In this document: positions 61,330 to 64,000 of the stretch, piece by piece
How positions within the stretch are numbered: position 1 is the stretch's first letter
Layout of the letters: each line of letters starts with the position of its first letter
Source of the DNA: an uncultured delta proteobacterium
Lineage (GTDB): Bacteria > Desulfobacterota > Binatia > UBA9968
DNA length: 64,000 nucleotides
Direction: 5' to 3'
Assembly (NCBI GenBank): GCA_963728565.1
Contig: CAVSLC010000002.1
Span: 160,001-224,000 of the forward strand
Translations under genes and position numbers: made by a program
Notes under the pieces: generated by a model
Database searches by the model: none
Told to the model about the DNA's origin: nothing
Seen by the model: only the letters and a program-made list of their open reading frames with translations

Positions 61330-62697
61330 GGAGGTGTCATGGACGCGACGGCGAGAATTGCCCGGTTCGTAGTCGAGACTGAATTCCAAAAGATTCCGTC
61401 GGAAGCGATTAAGATGGCGAAAACAGCGGTGCTCGATTGTCTTGGGGTGGCATTGGCGGGCAGCAAAGAATCGAGCGCCAGGATCTGCGCCGAAATCGCC
61501 CGCCAGGAGCGCGCAAAAGAAGAGTCCAGCGTCATCGGACAGGGATTTAAATCATCGGCAATGCATGCGGCTTTTGCCAATGGCACAGCCGCGCACGCGC
61601 TCGATTTCGATCACAGTTTTACGCTGATGGGCCAACCCACGGCGCCGATCATTCCGGCGATTATCTCCTTGGGAGAATCGCTTGGCAGCAGCGGCCGGCG
61701 CTGCCTCGAGGCTTACGTCGCGGGTTTCGAGACGATTACGAAGTTAGTAATGTCGCTCCGGCAACGCTCCGAAGACGGCTGGCATCCGCCGTCAAGCTTC
61801 GGTTCGTTCGGCGCCGGCGTGGCCTGCGCGAAACTGCAGGGACTGAGCCAAACTCAAGTAGAAACGACGCTCGGCACAGCGGCATCGATGGCCAGCGGCC
61901 TGGTGTGTAATTTCGGCACGATGTCTAAACCGTTGCACGTCGGCCTTGGTGCGAGAAATGGAGTGGTGGCAGCCAAGCTGGCGCAATCCGGTTTCACCGC
62001 CAACAGGCAGGCAATTGAAGGTGGACTGGGCTTTTATGAGGTGTTTTATCCCGGAGCAGAGCCGGACAAGCGCCCGCTCCAAGAGTTGGGGACAGCCTAC
62101 GAATTGATCAACAGCGGCATCAGGATCAAGCCTTACCCGTGCGGCGGCCTGACGCATCCCGCCATCGACGGCGTGCTCGAGTTCAAGACCAAGCATGGGA
62201 TCACGGCTGAGATGATCGAGTCCATCGATGTCGGCGTGGCGCGGCATACGTTTGAAAGAATTGTGTTTCGCGTCCCTGAAAACGGCTTGCAGGGCAAATT
62301 TTCCATGCCTTATCTGTTGGCCCGCGCAATCATCGATGGAAGGCTCTTCCTGGACGCATTTACCGATGCGGCAGTTCGGGATGACAATGTCTTGCGTCTG
62401 GCTGAGAAGATTCAGATGCGCCTCGACCCCGATCTTCAACCGACTGCTCTAGGCAGCCGTCCGTGCAAAGTCACGATTCGTCTGCTCGACGGCCGAAGCT
62501 TTTCCCGGCAGATCGATTACGCCAAAGGCAGCCGCGAAGCTCCCATGACTGCCGAAGAACTTAAACAGAAATTTGTTGGTTGCGCGCGCCAAGCTCTCGA
62601 TGACAGTGCCATTGAAGGCATCATAGAGTATGTCGAGCATTTGGAAACTTTGGAAGATATCCGGCCGCTGTGCCGGTTACTAATGGGACCAAACTGA
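61330..62697 (+). CDS. MmgE/PrpD family protein
   Basis: LD.LGV.LAG, ANG.AAHALDFD, GWH, GTM.KPLH.G, KPYPC...TH, KFS.PY. Confidence 0.92.
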   Translation, partial: GGVMDATARIARFVVETEFQKIPSEAIKMAKTAVLDCLGVALAGSKESSARICAEIARQERAKEESSVIGQGFKSSAMHAAFANGTAAHALDFDHSFTLMGQPTAPIIPAIISLGESLGSSGRRCLEAYVAGFETITKLVMSLRQRSEDGWHPPSSFGSFGAGVACAKLQGLSQTQVETTLGTAASMASGLVCNFGTMSKPLHVGLGARNGVVAAKLAQSGFTANRQAIEGGLGFYEVFYPGAEPDKRPLQELGTAYELINSGIRIKPYPCGGLTHPAIDGVLEFKTKHGITAEMIESIDVGVARHTFERIVFRVPENGLQGKFSMPYLLARAIIDGRLFLDAFTDAAVRDDNVLRLAEKIQMRLDPDLQPTALGSRPCKVTIRLLDGRSFSRQIDYAKGSREAPMTAEELKQKFVGCARQALDDSAIEGIIEYVEHLETLEDIRPLCRLLMGPN

Positions 62698-62811
62698 TCT
62701 TAGGCTCGAAACTCGTGAAAGTGCAGCGCTAACCGGCACCGATTTGACAGCCTCTTTCTCGTGGTGGTATGAGCGGCTAGATTTGGCGCATTAACAAAAG
62801 GGGAGAAGAGT

Positions 62812-63240
62812 ATGGCGTATACCATAAAGAAAGTAGATGTATGGGCCGGGGAGATCGCCGATCGTCCCGGTGGGCTAGGCGCGACGGTAGAGGCGTTGAG
62901 CAACGCGGGTGCCAACTTAGAATTCCTTGTTTCGCGTCGTGCTCCGGATCGGCCGGGAACCGGGGTTGTTTTTCTAACTCCGGTAAAAGGAACAAAGCAG
63001 AAGAATGCGGCTCAGAGCGCGGGCTTGAGCACTACCGACAGCCTGCATTCAGTTCGGGTTGAAGGTCCGGACAAACCCGGCTTGGGAACGAAGTTGACTC
63101 GGGCGCTGAGCGACGCAGGTATAAACCTGCGCGGTGTCTCGGCCGCTGCGCTTGGACGGCGTATGGTGACTTATCTCGCGTTCGACAACGCAAGCGATGC
63201 GGAGAACGCGATGCGCGCTTTAAAGAGGGCGCTGAAGTAA
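62812..63240 (+). CDS. Tandem ACT domain protein
   Basis: DRPGGL......L...GANL and DKPGLG......L...GINL. Confidence 0.85.
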   Translation: MAYTIKKVDVWAGEIADRPGGLGATVEALSNAGANLEFLVSRRAPDRPGTGVVFLTPVKGTKQKNAAQSAGLSTTDSLHSVRVEGPDKPGLGTKLTRALSDAGINLRGVSAAALGRRMVTYLAFDNASDAENAMRALKRALK

Positions 63241-63268
63241 TTTCAGCGAGCAATCGCCAGCCAGTTGG

Positions 63269-63913
63269 CTAGCGATTGCTGATCGACGAGACTTGGAAGT
63301 TATCCCGATTAACGAACTCTCCCTCCAATCTTACGCTGTCGCCATTACGTAGACGGCGAAATGCATCCACGTCGGATGTCCTCGCATTGAAAGGCAGAGC
63401 GACACTGATGACGCCGCGGTCCCGGGTTCTTACATCGAAGATGCCGCGATCGTAATCGATTCTATCGACCGTTCCTTCGAGCACTTCGCCCCTGGTGAGA
63501 CCAGTCCCGGGCCGCGGGGAAGTTGATGTCGCGCGCGCTTGGACTGGCTGCTGGACGCGAATCGTGTCGATAGTATTGTCGCGACCGAAAGTTTGGAAGG
63601 CGATGATATCGCCGGCCTCGAGATTTTCGACAGAATAGTCCCGGCCTTGATAGGTGACTCTCGTTCTAGAGGGGTCGTATCTCAATACTCGGGTGCGATT
63701 ATCATCGGCTCGAACCTGGATTTCATTTCGGTTCGGGGTAACCTGGACCACCTCCGCTCTCATTTCACCAGCCTGTAGAGTGGTGTCCGGCCCGGGCACG
63801 CTCTCGCCGCGCCGCGTCTCGTGCAATGTCGGTCCGGCCACACATCCGAGCAGCAGCGTCAATCCCATTGCCAATCCTAGTTTGAGCGCGCAAAAACGTT
63901 TGAACAGTGTCAT
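63269..63913 (-). CDS. Lipoprotein with two OB-like (DUF5666-like) repeats
   Basis: AGGAGG RBS, lipobox LLGC, two units ending LEAGD.I and LRNGDSV. Confidence 0.7.
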   Translation of the reverse strand: MTLFKRFCALKLGLAMGLTLLLGCVAGPTLHETRRGESVPGPDTTLQAGEMRAEVVQVTPNRNEIQVRADDNRTRVLRYDPSRTRVTYQGRDYSVENLEAGDIIAFQTFGRDNTIDTIRVQQPVQARATSTSPRPGTGLTRGEVLEGTVDRIDYDRGIFDVRTRDRGVISVALPFNARTSDVDAFRRLRNGDSVRLEGEFVNRDNFQVSSISNR

Positions 63914-63952
63914 GGCGTACCTCCTGCAGTAGCTTCTGCCATTGGCTCTAAC

Positions 63953-63968
63953 ACAAAGTCTGTGCCAA
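63953..63968 (-). promoter_or_regulatory. Putative sigma54 promoter
   Basis: The minus strand reads TTGGCAC-AGACT-TTGT, one mismatch from consensus. Confidence 0.5.
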
Positions 63969-64000
63969 GGAGTCAAGTCCGCGAGAACTACTTGGGAGTT

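Overview
This is a 64 kb stretch of bacterial chromosome. The gene content (several orphan Bug/TctC and NMT1-like binding proteins, MmgE/PrpD, F420-LLM, a XDH-family molybdoenzyme) suggests Candidatus Binatia/Binatota, but that is inference only. About 10 genes carry indel frameshifts, most likely long-read errors. The left half (1-29.2 kb) is mostly housekeeping and envelope genes: FemAB-like GNAT, a SsuABC-type ABC transporter, purMN, mgtE, degP, tatA, a pmtA-like methyltransferase, AsmA/YhdP, typA, a heterodimeric ABC exporter, htpX, a transglutaminase-ABC operon and Mut7-C. After tRNA-Asn comes a signalling cassette: a giant poly-HAMP kinase with 11 x 92-aa units and three REC domains, a REC-PAS hybrid kinase, a helical protein with a truncated-looking end, and a Cys-rich domain-REC fusion with a sigma54-type promoter whose upstream region is duplicated. 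The right half is accessory catabolism, including XDH-CoxG-GMC-ComDE-EamA, an FGE-fold plus secreted nucleoside-phosphorylase-fold pair, and a sigma54-type bactofilin/Zn-ribbon operon. Non-coding signals are a MITE-like element, a 9-bp-periodic palindrome and several candidate structured RNAs. No CRISPR array, integrase or transposase was seen.
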